Positions 9,080 to 17,659 of a stretch of 51,245 bases of DNA are shown in pieces. The translations under genes were made by a program, and so were the position numbers. Within the stretch, counting starts at the first letter, position 1. Each line of letters starts with the position of its first letter. Source of the DNA: a bacterium (GTDB taxonomy: Bacteria; Bacillota_I; Bacilli_A; RF39; UBA660); NCBI GenBank assembly GCA_030531425.1, contig JAUNNO010000003.1:1-51245 (forward strand). The letters run 5' to 3'. The notes beneath the pieces are model-generated. The model was not told the origin of the DNA and did not search any database. It saw nothing but the letters and a program-made list of their open reading frames with translations.

Positions 9080-9286
9080 CTATCTAAAAATTAAGTTTTT
9101 ACCTAATAAGACAACAAATTTTACAATTTTTAAAACAATAAATAATATAAATATAAATGCTAAATTTAATATTATAAATCCTATAAATTTAATATCATCG
9201 GTTAAATTTAAAAATCCAAAATTTGTTTGTAAAAATTCAAGATAAGTATTCCAATATATGTAAAATGGTATATTATTTATATTCAT
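9080..9286 (-). CDS. Small single-TM phage protein
   Basis: 68 aa, hydrophobic core with basic C-terminus. Coupled to the upstream ORF by TAATG. Confidence 0.75.
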   Translation of the reverse strand: MNINNIPFYIYWNTYLEFLQTNFGFLNLTDDIKFIGFIILNLAFIFILFIVLKIVKFVVLLGKNLIFR

Positions 9287-9444
9287 TATCTCACAACCTT
9301 TTTAAATATAATGCTAATTGGTATTATAAAAACGCAAAATGTAGTAATAACTAAAAACAAAGTAGTTAAATCATAAAGCCAAGTTAAGGTAATAGGTAAC
9401 TCACCTAATATTCTAACTGACATATTATAAAATGAAATATCCAT
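9286..9444 (-). CDS. Small single-TM phage protein (52 aa, not in ORF track)
   Basis: AAGGAG RBS. MDISFYNMSVRILGELPITLTWLYDLTTLFLVITTFCVFIIPISIIFKKVVR; stop overlaps the next ATG. Confidence 0.75.
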   Translation of the reverse strand: MDISFYNMSVRILGELPITLTWLYDLTTLFLVITTFCVFIIPISIIFKKVVR

Positions 9445-9447
9445 TTT

Positions 9448-9651
9448 TTATTCGTCTCCTTTCTTACTAGAGCCACCAAAAGAAAAATCGCTAAAATTTA
9501 AAAGAAAATATAATATTAAAGCTAGTGTAAAAAAGCCTAATAAGAACATTCCTAATGAAATATCAGGATTTTCGTTTATTTTTAAGTCAAAAATCCAAGA
9601 AAAACATCTTGAAATTATATTAATCCAAAAATTAAATACATTAACCAACAA
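9448..9651 (-). CDS. Small membrane phage protein
   Basis: 67 aa with a TM segment, overlapping the upstream ORF. Confidence 0.7.
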   Translation of the reverse strand: MLVNVFNFWINIISRCFSWIFDLKINENPDISLGMFLLGFFTLALILYFLLNFSDFSFGGSSKKGDE

Positions 9652-9847
9652 TCAAACGCACCACCTTAAAAATTAAAACTATAAGTAAAAATGATATAAA
9701 AGATAAAATAACAATATCAAAAGGGGACGGTATTAAATCAATTAAATTATAAAATAATGAAGGTAAATCAATTATAAATTTAACAAAAGAAGATATACCT
9801 TGATTTAATACCGAAATTAAATCAGCAATAGAGTTTAAAAAATCCAT
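9641..9847 (-). CDS. Small membrane phage protein (pVI-like position)
   Basis: 68 aa, amphipathic then TM segment, directly after the pIII-like gene (TAATG coupling). Confidence 0.72.
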   Translation of the reverse strand: MDFLNSIADLISVLNQGISSFVKFIIDLPSLFYNLIDLIPSPFDIVILSFISFLLIVLIFKVVRLIVG

Positions 9848-11283
9848 TATTTAATCACCAACCTTAATATTAAAATAATAACAAAAATAGTTAAAGCAAA
9901 TAAAATAAACATTCTAATAGGTGTAGGCAAAGCCAAATAAAGTGAAGTGATATTTTGATTTATAAAAATTATAGTATTTCTAATATAAGTAATAAAATTA
10001 TCTATATTAGTAATAGAACCAGATGGAGTTGAAACAGAAAACTCATTTTTATGCGTTTGGTCGTCAAGAATAACACCATCTAAAACTTCAACTGTCCCGT
10101 AAACATCGCCAAAAGAATTATGTTTCAATATATTAACATCATATTCCTTATTAATATAAAAACATATATAAGAAGTAGATAAGTAATCTGATGTTATTGG
10201 TGAATAATGGTCAGTAGGAGTTTCAATTTTTAAATCTCTAAACCAAAAAATAGGATAAAAATAAGAAGAGTTAGAAAAAGCCATCTCAAAAGGATAAAAA
10301 GTATAATTAAAATATCCATTTCTATTATTAATATCTAAATAAGGATAATTTTTCATAGTTAAAAATGCACCTGGATTAGTCCTATCAAAAAATTTAGTTA
10401 TTTCTTCAGCATCATTTAAATAATACCACCAGCCATTAAATGAATTAGGGTCTTCATCAAATATTTGAACTTTATCAATAACGGCAGAATTATAGCGATA
10501 AGTAGACAATCCAGTAACTTTATTTTTAAACCATATAAAATCATAATTATGATAAAAAGGAGAATTAGTAGAAGGGTCAATTGATTGAACTCCTTTTGCT
10601 GTTATACTAAAAGTGTCATTTTTATTAACACATACCTGTTTAAAATTTTGATTACTATCAAATAAGGTATCATAAAATTTATGAAAATTTAATTTTTTAT
10701 CATAATATTGCCTACTAATAGCAGGGAAAGGTGTGTTGGCACTGAGTTTATAATAATCAGAAATATTATGAAATATTACGGGACCATAACCGTCGCCAAC
10801 AGTATTTGTATAATAAGTAACATTAACACCAACAGAATTAAAATCTAAATATAAAAAATTACCTCTATAATTTGGGGCAACATAGAAATTAAAAATACTA
10901 GTAGGATAAGTAATCCAATTGTTGCCACTTAAATAATTAGAAAAAAAATATTGAGCGTTATAATCAGTACCAGAATTATGGCTTGTTTTAAATAAAGAAA
11001 CAAAATCTTCAATATTTGTGTAATCAAAATTTAAATTTAATTGTGTGTTAATATAATTAAAAAGAGAATTAATAGTATTATAATCATTATAATTTGAAGA
11101 AGTAGGTTTTTGAAAATTAGAGTTATATCTTAATTGTGGATAATTAGTATAACTGTATGTATAAGTTGAGGCACTAGCTTTATTTAAAGTAAAACCAGCA
11201 ATAAAACCAACTACAAAAAAAATTAAATGAAATATATATTTAATATAAACATGTAATTTCCTTTCATATTTTAAAATATTCAT
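9847..11283 (-). CDS. Putative adsorption / minor coat protein (pIII-like), 478 aa
   Basis: N-terminal hydrophobic signal ending near ASA, large N/Y/F-rich domain, C-terminal TM. Start moved to 11283 because a separate ORF occupies 11291..11464. Confidence 0.7.
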   Translation of the reverse strand: MNILKYERKLHVYIKYIFHLIFFVVGFIAGFTLNKASASTYTYSYTNYPQLRYNSNFQKPTSSNYNDYNTINSLFNYINTQLNLNFDYTNIEDFVSLFKTSHNSGTDYNAQYFFSNYLSGNNWITYPTSIFNFYVAPNYRGNFLYLDFNSVGVNVTYYTNTVGDGYGPVIFHNISDYYKLSANTPFPAISRQYYDKKLNFHKFYDTLFDSNQNFKQVCVNKNDTFSITAKGVQSIDPSTNSPFYHNYDFIWFKNKVTGLSTYRYNSAVIDKVQIFDEDPNSFNGWWYYLNDAEEITKFFDRTNPGAFLTMKNYPYLDINNRNGYFNYTFYPFEMAFSNSSYFYPIFWFRDLKIETPTDHYSPITSDYLSTSYICFYINKEYDVNILKHNSFGDVYGTVEVLDGVILDDQTHKNEFSVSTPSGSITNIDNFITYIRNTIIFINQNITSLYLALPTPIRMFILFALTIFVIILILRLVIK

Positions 11284-11290
11284 AATTAAC

Positions 11291-11464
11291 CTACTTTCTA
11301 AATAAAAAATTATCAAATTCTTGATTTTTATCACTAAAGAATGTCTTATCAACCATATCATTTAATTTTTTTTGATTAGAGAATTTTATTTTATAATAAA
11401 ATATTAAAAATAAAATTAAAATTAAATTAAAAGATAAAGATAAACCTAATAAAAAATAAATCAT
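11291..11464 (-). CDS. Small N-terminal-TM phage protein (57 aa, not in ORF track)
   Basis: AGGAGA RBS. MIYFLLGLSLSFNLILILFLIFYYKIKFSNQKK...FLFRK. Confidence 0.72.
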   Translation of the reverse strand: MIYFLLGLSLSFNLILILFLIFYYKIKFSNQKKLNDMVDKTFFSDKNQEFDNFLFRK

Positions 11465-11477
11465 TGTATCATCTCCT

Positions 11478-11508
11478 AAATAAAAATAGCAGGATATTGA
11501 GCCTGCTA
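11478..11508 (-). terminator. Intrinsic terminator after the major coat gene
   Basis: TAGCAGG-8 nt-CCTGCTA followed by TTTTTATTT on the minus strand. Confidence 0.75.
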
Positions 11509-11694
11509 TCTGTGGATTACTCTACGTAGTACTGAGAATCCAACGAATGCTAAACTAATACCTATGTATAATAATGCTAATGGATTAGAAATTAGAAAAT
11601 CATAGATAGTACTAGCAGCAGATATTAACCAAGTTAATACTGATGTTGCTGATGTTGTAATTGCACTCATATCATCGGCCATTGTTAAAAACAT
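11506..11694 (-). CDS. Putative major coat protein (pVIII-like), 62 aa
   Basis: Strong GAAAGGAGG RBS. Acidic N-terminus (ADD), amphipathic helix, TM, basic tail LRRVIHR. Followed by a terminator. Confidence 0.78.
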   Translation of the reverse strand: MFLTMADDMSAITTSATSVLTWLISAASTIYDFLISNPLALLYIGISLAFVGFSVLRRVIHR

Positions 11695-11711
11695 AGCCAA
11701 CCCTCCTTTCA

Positions 11712-11879
11712 TTAATAAAAATGAGATTCAGAAGAAACATTCAAAAGTTCAAGTTCGGCTTTATCAAGAAAAACAAGCTTTTCATAAGTGTCTGTAAGTT
11801 TAATTACGACAACTTGATATTCATTACCAGATTTACTTGTACGAGTTTCTAATGTAGCAATAATTTTTTTTGCTTCCAT
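11712..11879 (-). CDS. Putative ssDNA-binding protein (pV-like), 55 aa, not in ORF track
   Basis: AGGAGG RBS. MEAKKIIATLETRTSKSGNEYQVVVIKLTDTYEKLVFL... has a beta-hairpin SKSGNEY pattern and lies upstream of the coat gene. Confidence 0.65.
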   Translation of the reverse strand: MEAKKIIATLETRTSKSGNEYQVVVIKLTDTYEKLVFLDKAELELLNVSSESHFY

Positions 11880-11948
11880 TTTTTACCCTCCTCTCTTTAT
11901 TTAATAATAACACGGAAAAATTTTATCTCCGTAAAATTTAAAAAAAAA

Positions 11949-12161
11949 TTAGCGAAAAGTTGCTAATTTATATTTTTTATTATCAATTTTAACATTAATA
12001 ATATAAGTATTTCTTCTATTATATTCATGTACTAAATCACTAAGTTTATAATTTAGATAATTACAAACTTCATTAAAATTATCTAAATAGCATATAACTT
12101 CATCATTTTCATCATATAATACAAAAGTATTATTTTTAAAAGTTTTAGATTTGAAATACAT
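11949..12161 (-). CDS. Small soluble phage protein, possibly DNA-binding
   Basis: 70 aa, GAAAGGA RBS, first gene inside attR. Confidence 0.6.
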   Translation of the reverse strand: MYFKSKTFKNNTFVLYDENDEVICYLDNFNEVCNYLNYKLSDLVHEYNRRNTYIINVKIDNKKYKLATFR

Positions 12162-12194
12162 TAATTCCTTTCTAGATTATTTATAATTGGGTCA

Positions 12195-12216
12195 GATTCC
12201 CATCACCCGCTCCATT
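12195..12216 (+). repeat. attR core (displaced tRNA-Gly 3' end)
   Basis: Identical to 6445..6466. Followed by terminator CTAGTAC-TTTTT-GTACTAG-T7 at 12227-12252. Confidence 0.92.
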
Positions 12217-12222
12217 TGAGAA

Positions 12223-12584
12223 TTTTCTAGTACTTTTTGTACTAGTTTTTTTATGTTAAAATAATATTTTTTGTATTATTATTTGTAGGTTTATTTGAGA
12301 CTCATTTTATATATAACACTAAAATATTCTCTAACACGTTTCTTCATAGAAGTAATCGTAAATAATTCATTTTCACCAACTATAATAAACAAATTATAAT
12401 TCATATGATAGTCATCATAATGTAATACTAATAAATTATAACCATACTTACTAAATATTATCTTTGTATACTAATAGCATGTATATTTGTTTTATCAAAA
12501 CCTACAATATAACCATAATAATATGTAAGTTCTATTCTATTTGTTTTTGCAAACTTATTTAACTCTTCGATAGTATATGTATTA
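12223..12584 (+). repeat. ~362-bp direct repeat, copy 1
   Basis: Nearly identical to 15707..16068 (offset 3484; I saw about 3 mismatches). Confidence 0.9.
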
Positions 12585-12725
12585 AAGTGTATCTTATTTA
12601 ACTTAATTATAGTTAGTCACCTCACTTCATACAAACAATACCGCATATTTTTAAGAATATCCAGCAAATTATTGAAATTATAATAAAAACCCATAATTAA
12701 TTTTAAATTATGAGTTTTTTTACTA

Positions 12726-14216
12726 TTATTTTTTTAAAACTTTTATATATGCCTGTTCTCCTTTTTCATCACAGACTCTATTATCTCTAGATATAATATG
12801 ATTTACTTCACAATATCTATTTTTGAATTCTTCTTCATGTTTTAAAAGTTCTCTCATATCTTGTATAAACACTTTATAAGTTTGATCTTCGTAAAACATA
12901 TTTTCTGGATTTTGCTCATCATATTTTTGGGATAATCTTTTTATTGTATAATCTAAATATTCTTCTATATTAGTTTCAGGCATTCTCTCATGAGCTACAA
13001 AGAAACTTCTTATAAATACTATTTCAATTCTAGTATTTCTATCTGCTGAAGAAATAAGTTTTCCATATACACTTCTTGGCTCATCTTCTTTTGAAGAACG
13101 ATGATCTTCTATTGCTTCTTTGATTGTTTTCATTTCTTCATCATTAAAAAATTGTTTCATACCTTTATCATTCATAAAATTTCTAGCTGCAATTATGTGA
13201 TGCGTAGCATGATCTTCATATTTTCCCCAATCATGACAAGATGCAATAGCATACATCATATTATCATCTAACCCTAATTTAAAAGTGTCATTTAAAGCAA
13301 AACTTCTTCTAATAACTTCTAAAATGTGAGCAATATTATGACCACCATCATTTTTATCATATTCAGGAAATATATGTTCAGTAATATAATCCTTTAAGTC
13401 TTGTCTAACATTTTTTGTATAATATTCTAATTCATCAATACCATTTTCTTCTAATATCACATTTCTTAATACATCAAATGACTTATTATAATCATCTTTG
13501 ACTTGATCATACACTGCATATAATATCTCATCTAATGACATATTTGGATTATGTCTTTTTACTTCATCAAAAGTTAACTTTAATTTATTGTTTAATCCAT
13601 TTACTTCCATAAATCTTCTCCTAAATTCTTCTTTATTTTCTGCTAATACTGCAATATCTTCTAAAAATTTTTTATAATCTAAATCTTCAAAGTACATTTT
13701 TTCGGTTGCATATCCTTTTTTACCAAATTTATTTATAATATGTTGTCTTGATTCTTCAATTATTTCATCAAGAGTATCATTTGAATTATGTTTAACTCTA
13801 TAAGCATAAGTTCTTTTAAGTGGGACATCTACTAATGTATTTCTATCAGCAGAAGAAACTATCTTTCCATAAATACTTCTTGGCTCTCCTTCTAAACTTG
13901 CTCTATGATCATATACTGCTTCTGACATAATTTTAATTTCATCATTAGTAAAAAATATTTTTAAATTCTTATCAGCGAGTAGCATTTCAGCAGACACTTT
14001 TTCATGATTTTTTGCATCTATATAATGTCCAATATCATGATAAGCGGCTATCGCATAAACCATATTATAATTAATGCCATCAGTTTCCTTAGCAAAATTA
14101 AAACTTCTCTTAATGACATATTTAATATGATCTAAATTATGCCCTAAATCATTATTTTTATAAATAGAAAAAATATTTTTCTCAATATACAGTTGTAATT
14201 CTTCGTTCAATAGCAT
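12726..14216 (-). CDS. Tandem double HD-domain phosphohydrolase
   Basis: GHNLDH..YHDIG..DHRAS..SSADRNT is repeated as GHNIAH..CHDWG..DHRSS..SSADRNT. Confidence 0.85.
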   Translation of the reverse strand: MLLNEELQLYIEKNIFSIYKNNDLGHNLDHIKYVIKRSFNFAKETDGINYNMVYAIAAYHDIGHYIDAKNHEKVSAEMLLADKNLKIFFTNDEIKIMSEAVYDHRASLEGEPRSIYGKIVSSADRNTLVDVPLKRTYAYRVKHNSNDTLDEIIEESRQHIINKFGKKGYATEKMYFEDLDYKKFLEDIAVLAENKEEFRRRFMEVNGLNNKLKLTFDEVKRHNPNMSLDEILYAVYDQVKDDYNKSFDVLRNVILEENGIDELEYYTKNVRQDLKDYITEHIFPEYDKNDGGHNIAHILEVIRRSFALNDTFKLGLDDNMMYAIASCHDWGKYEDHATHHIIAARNFMNDKGMKQFFNDEEMKTIKEAIEDHRSSKEDEPRSVYGKLISSADRNTRIEIVFIRSFFVAHERMPETNIEEYLDYTIKRLSQKYDEQNPENMFYEDQTYKVFIQDMRELLKHEEEFKNRYCEVNHIISRDNRVCDEKGEQAYIKVLKK

Positions 14217-14692
14217 CTTCACACCTCATACTAATTATAGCATATTTTTATATGCTTCTTAATTAAATATAGGATTTTATGTGAATAATTTTTATCTAAT
14301 GTGAGATTTCCATTAAATGTTTTGTGGTTTTGTTGTAGATTTATTGTCAAACTAAATGAAATTCATTTAATTTGAGTAAAACCAAATAATTTAAATATAT
14401 TTTTTTTTAATTTTTTCTTTATTTATTAACTACTATTTTATAAATATGCCTTAAAAATAAACTAATTTTTTGGGCTTTAAACTATTAAAGCCCTTTATTT
14501 TATTTATATATAACATGAAAGGGGTTTGGATAACTTCCCCCAGTCGCTCCATAAGTAAATACGCTCGAGCTTTTCGAGCCTTTTTAATACAACTAACTCA
14601 TTTGGGTTAGTTTTTTTTGTGTTTCGAACTCCTATGTTATCAGCTTGGAAGAAAACAAAAACTACCCTACTTTATAAAGAAAGGATGGAACT

Positions 14693-14960
14693 ATGGTAAA
14701 TATTATTATAGATGACTATCATTAGAAAAATCATTAAGAAAGAAAATTGAATTTATCTTTGTTTTTTATAATACTAAACCAAAGATAATTAATGGAAATA
14801 TTAGAAATATAGAACATACTAATCTATCTTATATTGAACCACATAGAGTTATTATTAAGTGAATAACTTTTCTAGTATTCAATTATTTTAAAATATTATA
14901 TATAAATAATCTATCAAACTCTATTGAGATAAAAGATTTAGAAAATTATATAAAAAAGAT
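14693..14960 (+). pseudogene. Decayed hypothetical gene ending at the MITE insertion
   Basis: GAAAGGA RBS and ATG. Early frameshift and an internal TGA in an otherwise long open frame. Confidence 0.4.
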
Positions 14961-15181
14961 TGTTACTATTCACAGCCGTTTTCAATAAATTATCAAAAAA
15001 TTCAATATTTATAAGGCTTTTCATAGATTTTATAGATTTTTCATAAAAAATTGTTTTTTTTAATGTGGGGATCTATTGTTAATTTTATAGCCATTTTACG
15101 ATAATAGTAATTGAAATAACAACATTTTATATATTAATGTGGGGATTTTAGATTTTACAAATTTGGCTGTGAATAGTAACA
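14961..15181. mobile_element. 221-bp MITE with 17-bp TIRs and 6-bp target duplication
   Basis: TGTTACTATTCACAGCC / GGCTGTGAATAGTAACA, with AAAGAT at 14955-14960 and 15182-15187. Internal repeat TTAATGTGGGGAT occurs twice. Confidence 0.85.
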
Positions 15182-15282
15182 AAAGATTAAATAGTTATTT
15201 AAATGTCAACTTCAAATAATACTACCTACATATAATAATATAAAATGATTGAAAAAAGAAGAAATTTATGTTATATTAAATA

Positions 15283-15396
15283 TATCAAGGAAACTTGCAT
15301 ATAATAAAAAAAGGAACATTCAATATTGCAGTGTTGAGTGTTGCCAATAATCTTTGGTATCACCTAATTCAATGCTGAGTTAGGTGATTTTCTTTT
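15283..15396 (+). ncRNA. Putative type I antitoxin RNA
   Basis: Promoter TTGAAA-17-TATATT with extended TG (15249-15277). Terminator ATCACCTAATTC/GAGTTAGGTGAT plus T tract. Convergent to a hydrophobic peptide gene; ends approximate. Confidence 0.6.
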
Positions 15397-15479
15397 CATA
15401 TCAAAACTATAAATAGTAATAATACTAGTAGGAAGATAAGTATGATTAATGAAAAGATTAATAAATCTTTCTTAAACAT
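15396..15479 (-). CDS. Putative type I toxin, 27-aa hydrophobic peptide
   Basis: MFKKDLLIFSLIILIFLLVLLLFIVLI. AAGGAGG RBS; own promoter TTGATA-17-TATAAT (15570-15542). Confidence 0.7.
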   Translation of the reverse strand: MFKKDLLIFSLIILIFLLVLLLFIVLI

Positions 15480-15706
15480 AATATCGCCTCCTTCCTTTTA
15501 TGGAATTTGGCAATCACCCAACTATTAAATGTTCCATACATATTATACCAAACATATATTCATATATCAATAGTATATGTTTTTTTTATATATTAAATTA
15601 TAGTATTAAAAACAGTATCATCAATATTTAATATAACCATAAACGTTTTACTTTACAAGGATTATTGATACTTTAAACTATATCCATCTATCACTACATT
15701 CGAAAT

Positions 15707-16068
15707 TTTTCTAGTACTTTTTGTTCTAGTTTTTTTGTGTTAAAATAATATTTTTTGTATTATTATTTGTAGGTCTATTTGAGACTCATTTTATATATAA
15801 CACTAAAATATTCTCTAACACGTTTCTTCATAGAAGTAATCGTAAATAATTCATTTTCACCAACTATAATAAACAAATTATAATTCATATGATAGTCATC
15901 ATAATGTAATACTAATAAATTATAACCATACTTACTAAATATTATCTTTGTATACTAATAGCATGTATATTTGTTTTATCAAAACCTACAATATAACCAT
16001 AATAATATGTAAGTTCTATTCTATTTGTTTTTGCAAACTTATTTAACTCTTCGATAGTATATGTATTA
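15707..16068 (+). repeat. ~362-bp direct repeat, copy 2
   Basis: Matches 12223..12584. Confidence 0.9.
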
Positions 16069-16179
16069 TTTAACTTATTTATAGTATTATTCACCTTGCT
16101 TAATGTAAACAATATCACAAGATTTATAAGCACCAATTCCTCCAGTAATTCCTACAACAATATTTAAATTTTCAAACAT
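15790..16179 (-). pseudogene. Heavily decayed coaBC-like (HFCD flavoprotein) remnant
   Basis: GGAAGGAG RBS then MFENLNIVVGITGGIGAYKSCDIV, the CoaBC N-terminal motif, stopping after 30 codons. Downstream extent is uncertain. Confidence 0.55.
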
Positions 16180-16202
16180 ATAAACTCCTTCCTTCTAATT
16201 TT

Positions 16203-17567
16203 TTAAAGTTCTAATTTTTTTACTTTCAATCTATTATTTTCAATATTACATTTCAAATTATAATAAGCTAATTTATTTATTGAACCATTCATTATTTTTT
16301 TTGTGATCAAGTAATCTAATTCATTATCATTAAATAAGCTAAATTCTAAAAATTCACTGTTATTTTGTGATACTTCGCAAATCTTTTTACAATTGTTAGC
16401 AAAAACTATATATGTTATTGAATTATCAATTCCAGGTGATGTATATACTTCATCAACTATAAATAAATCATCAGTAGAATAGCCAGTTTCCTCATTTAAT
16501 TCTCTTTTGGCTGTTTTTAATACATCCTCATTTGATTCAATATACCCAGATGGAAACTCTGCAATTAATTTATCTTCAATTCTATTTTGGAATGTAATTA
16601 TATATTCTTGATCTTTTGTTTTAGCAATTACTATTACAGCATTTTTACCCTTATTTTTAATAACTTTTTCTTTTTCTACAATTTCATTATTAGGAAGTTT
16701 ATAAACTTCTTTTATTAAACTAATAAAATTCCCATTATATAATAATTTATCAGTTATTTTTTCACCTTTAACTTTGCTATATAAATTATTTATTTTTTCT
16801 AATAATATTTTTTCTTTATATTCTGGACTCCTAATATAATTTAACGCATCAATTCTATTTTGGGTTTCTATAACACAATCATTTAATGAATTATTTTTAT
16901 CATTTAATAATTCTTCTTCAAATATTTGTTTAACTTCATAAGAAGATATATATTTTTGGGAATAAATAATAACCTTATCTTTTTCAAAATCATTTATTTT
17001 CTTTTTAGGAATCTCTTCACTATGGCTATCATATTTATCACGTATATCTACATAAATTCCATAAATATAATCTTCAGGATTACCAAAACAAGGCCCTAAA
17101 CAATCTTCAGATGAATCATAATAACAATCAAAAATATATATTGTATTGTCTATTAATCTTTGATTAACTAAAATTTCATCGCAGTCTATTCCCCAATATT
17201 CTCCCCATATTATACTACGAATGTTTAATTTGAATTTCAAAGTTTTTTTATCTATTTTTAATTCATCTAATATTCGTCCTTTATTGTATTCATCAAAACA
17301 AGATAAACAATTTGTATTTATATCAAATTCAATTATTACGCTATAAGGATTTTCTAAAAGTTCTTTTTCATTTTCAAATATTTCTTTTCGAAGCCTTTTT
17401 AACATTTCGTCTAATTTAACTGTGTAGTTATTTAAAGTTCTATATATTTCTAATTTTTCATATTCTGATAATATTTTATTACTGCTAGTTTTATATACAT
17501 TATCAATATATTCTAATTCCTCTTTCTTTAATTTTACAAATTCTTCTTTTAATCTTTCTAAATTCAT
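16203..17567 (-). CDS. Unknown N-terminal domain fused to a C-terminal NUDIX (ADP-ribose pyrophosphatase-like) hydrolase
   Basis: Nudix box EFPSGYIESNEDVLKTAKRELNEETGY and YTSPG. Confidence 0.8.
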   Translation of the reverse strand: MNLERLKEEFVKLKKEELEYIDNVYKTSSNKILSEYEKLEIYRTLNNYTVKLDEMLKRLRKEIFENEKELLENPYSVIIEFDINTNCLSCFDEYNKGRILDELKIDKKTLKFKLNIRSIIWGEYWGIDCDEILVNQRLIDNTIYIFDCYYDSSEDCLGPCFGNPEDYIYGIYVDIRDKYDSHSEEIPKKKINDFEKDKVIIYSQKYISSYEVKQIFEEELLNDKNNSLNDCVIETQNRIDALNYIRSPEYKEKILLEKINNLYSKVKGEKITDKLLYNGNFISLIKEVYKLPNNEIVEKEKVIKNKGKNAVIVIAKTKDQEYIITFQNRIEDKLIAEFPSGYIESNEDVLKTAKRELNEETGYSTDDLFIVDEVYTSPGIDNSITYIVFANNCKKICEVSQNNSEFLEFSLFNDNELDYLITKKIMNGSINKLAYYNLKCNIENNRLKVKKLEL

Positions 17568-17659
17568 AGTATTATTCCTTCCTTTCACTTTAATTTTATT
17601 ATAAATATATTGATAAGCAAAATATATTTGTGTTATAATATCGATAAGGAGAACTTATA

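Larger units (their letters stand above)
6467..12216 (-). mobile_element. Filamentous phage (inovirus-like) prophage, 5,750 bp
   Basis: Bounded by tRNA 3'-end direct repeats. Contains integrase, rolling-circle Rep with dso, Zot/pI ATPase, coat-like small membrane proteins and a pIII-like protein. Confidence 0.9.

Noticed and set aside
9847-11283. Diversity-generating retroelement target in the Asn/Tyr-rich pIII-like gene
   Set aside because: No reverse transcriptase and no template/variable repeat pair in the window; AT-bias explains the composition.
15942-16136. 64-aa ORF as a real gene
   Set aside because: It lies in the decayed coaBC-like/repeat region, with a TTG start inside the remnant and no convincing RBS.
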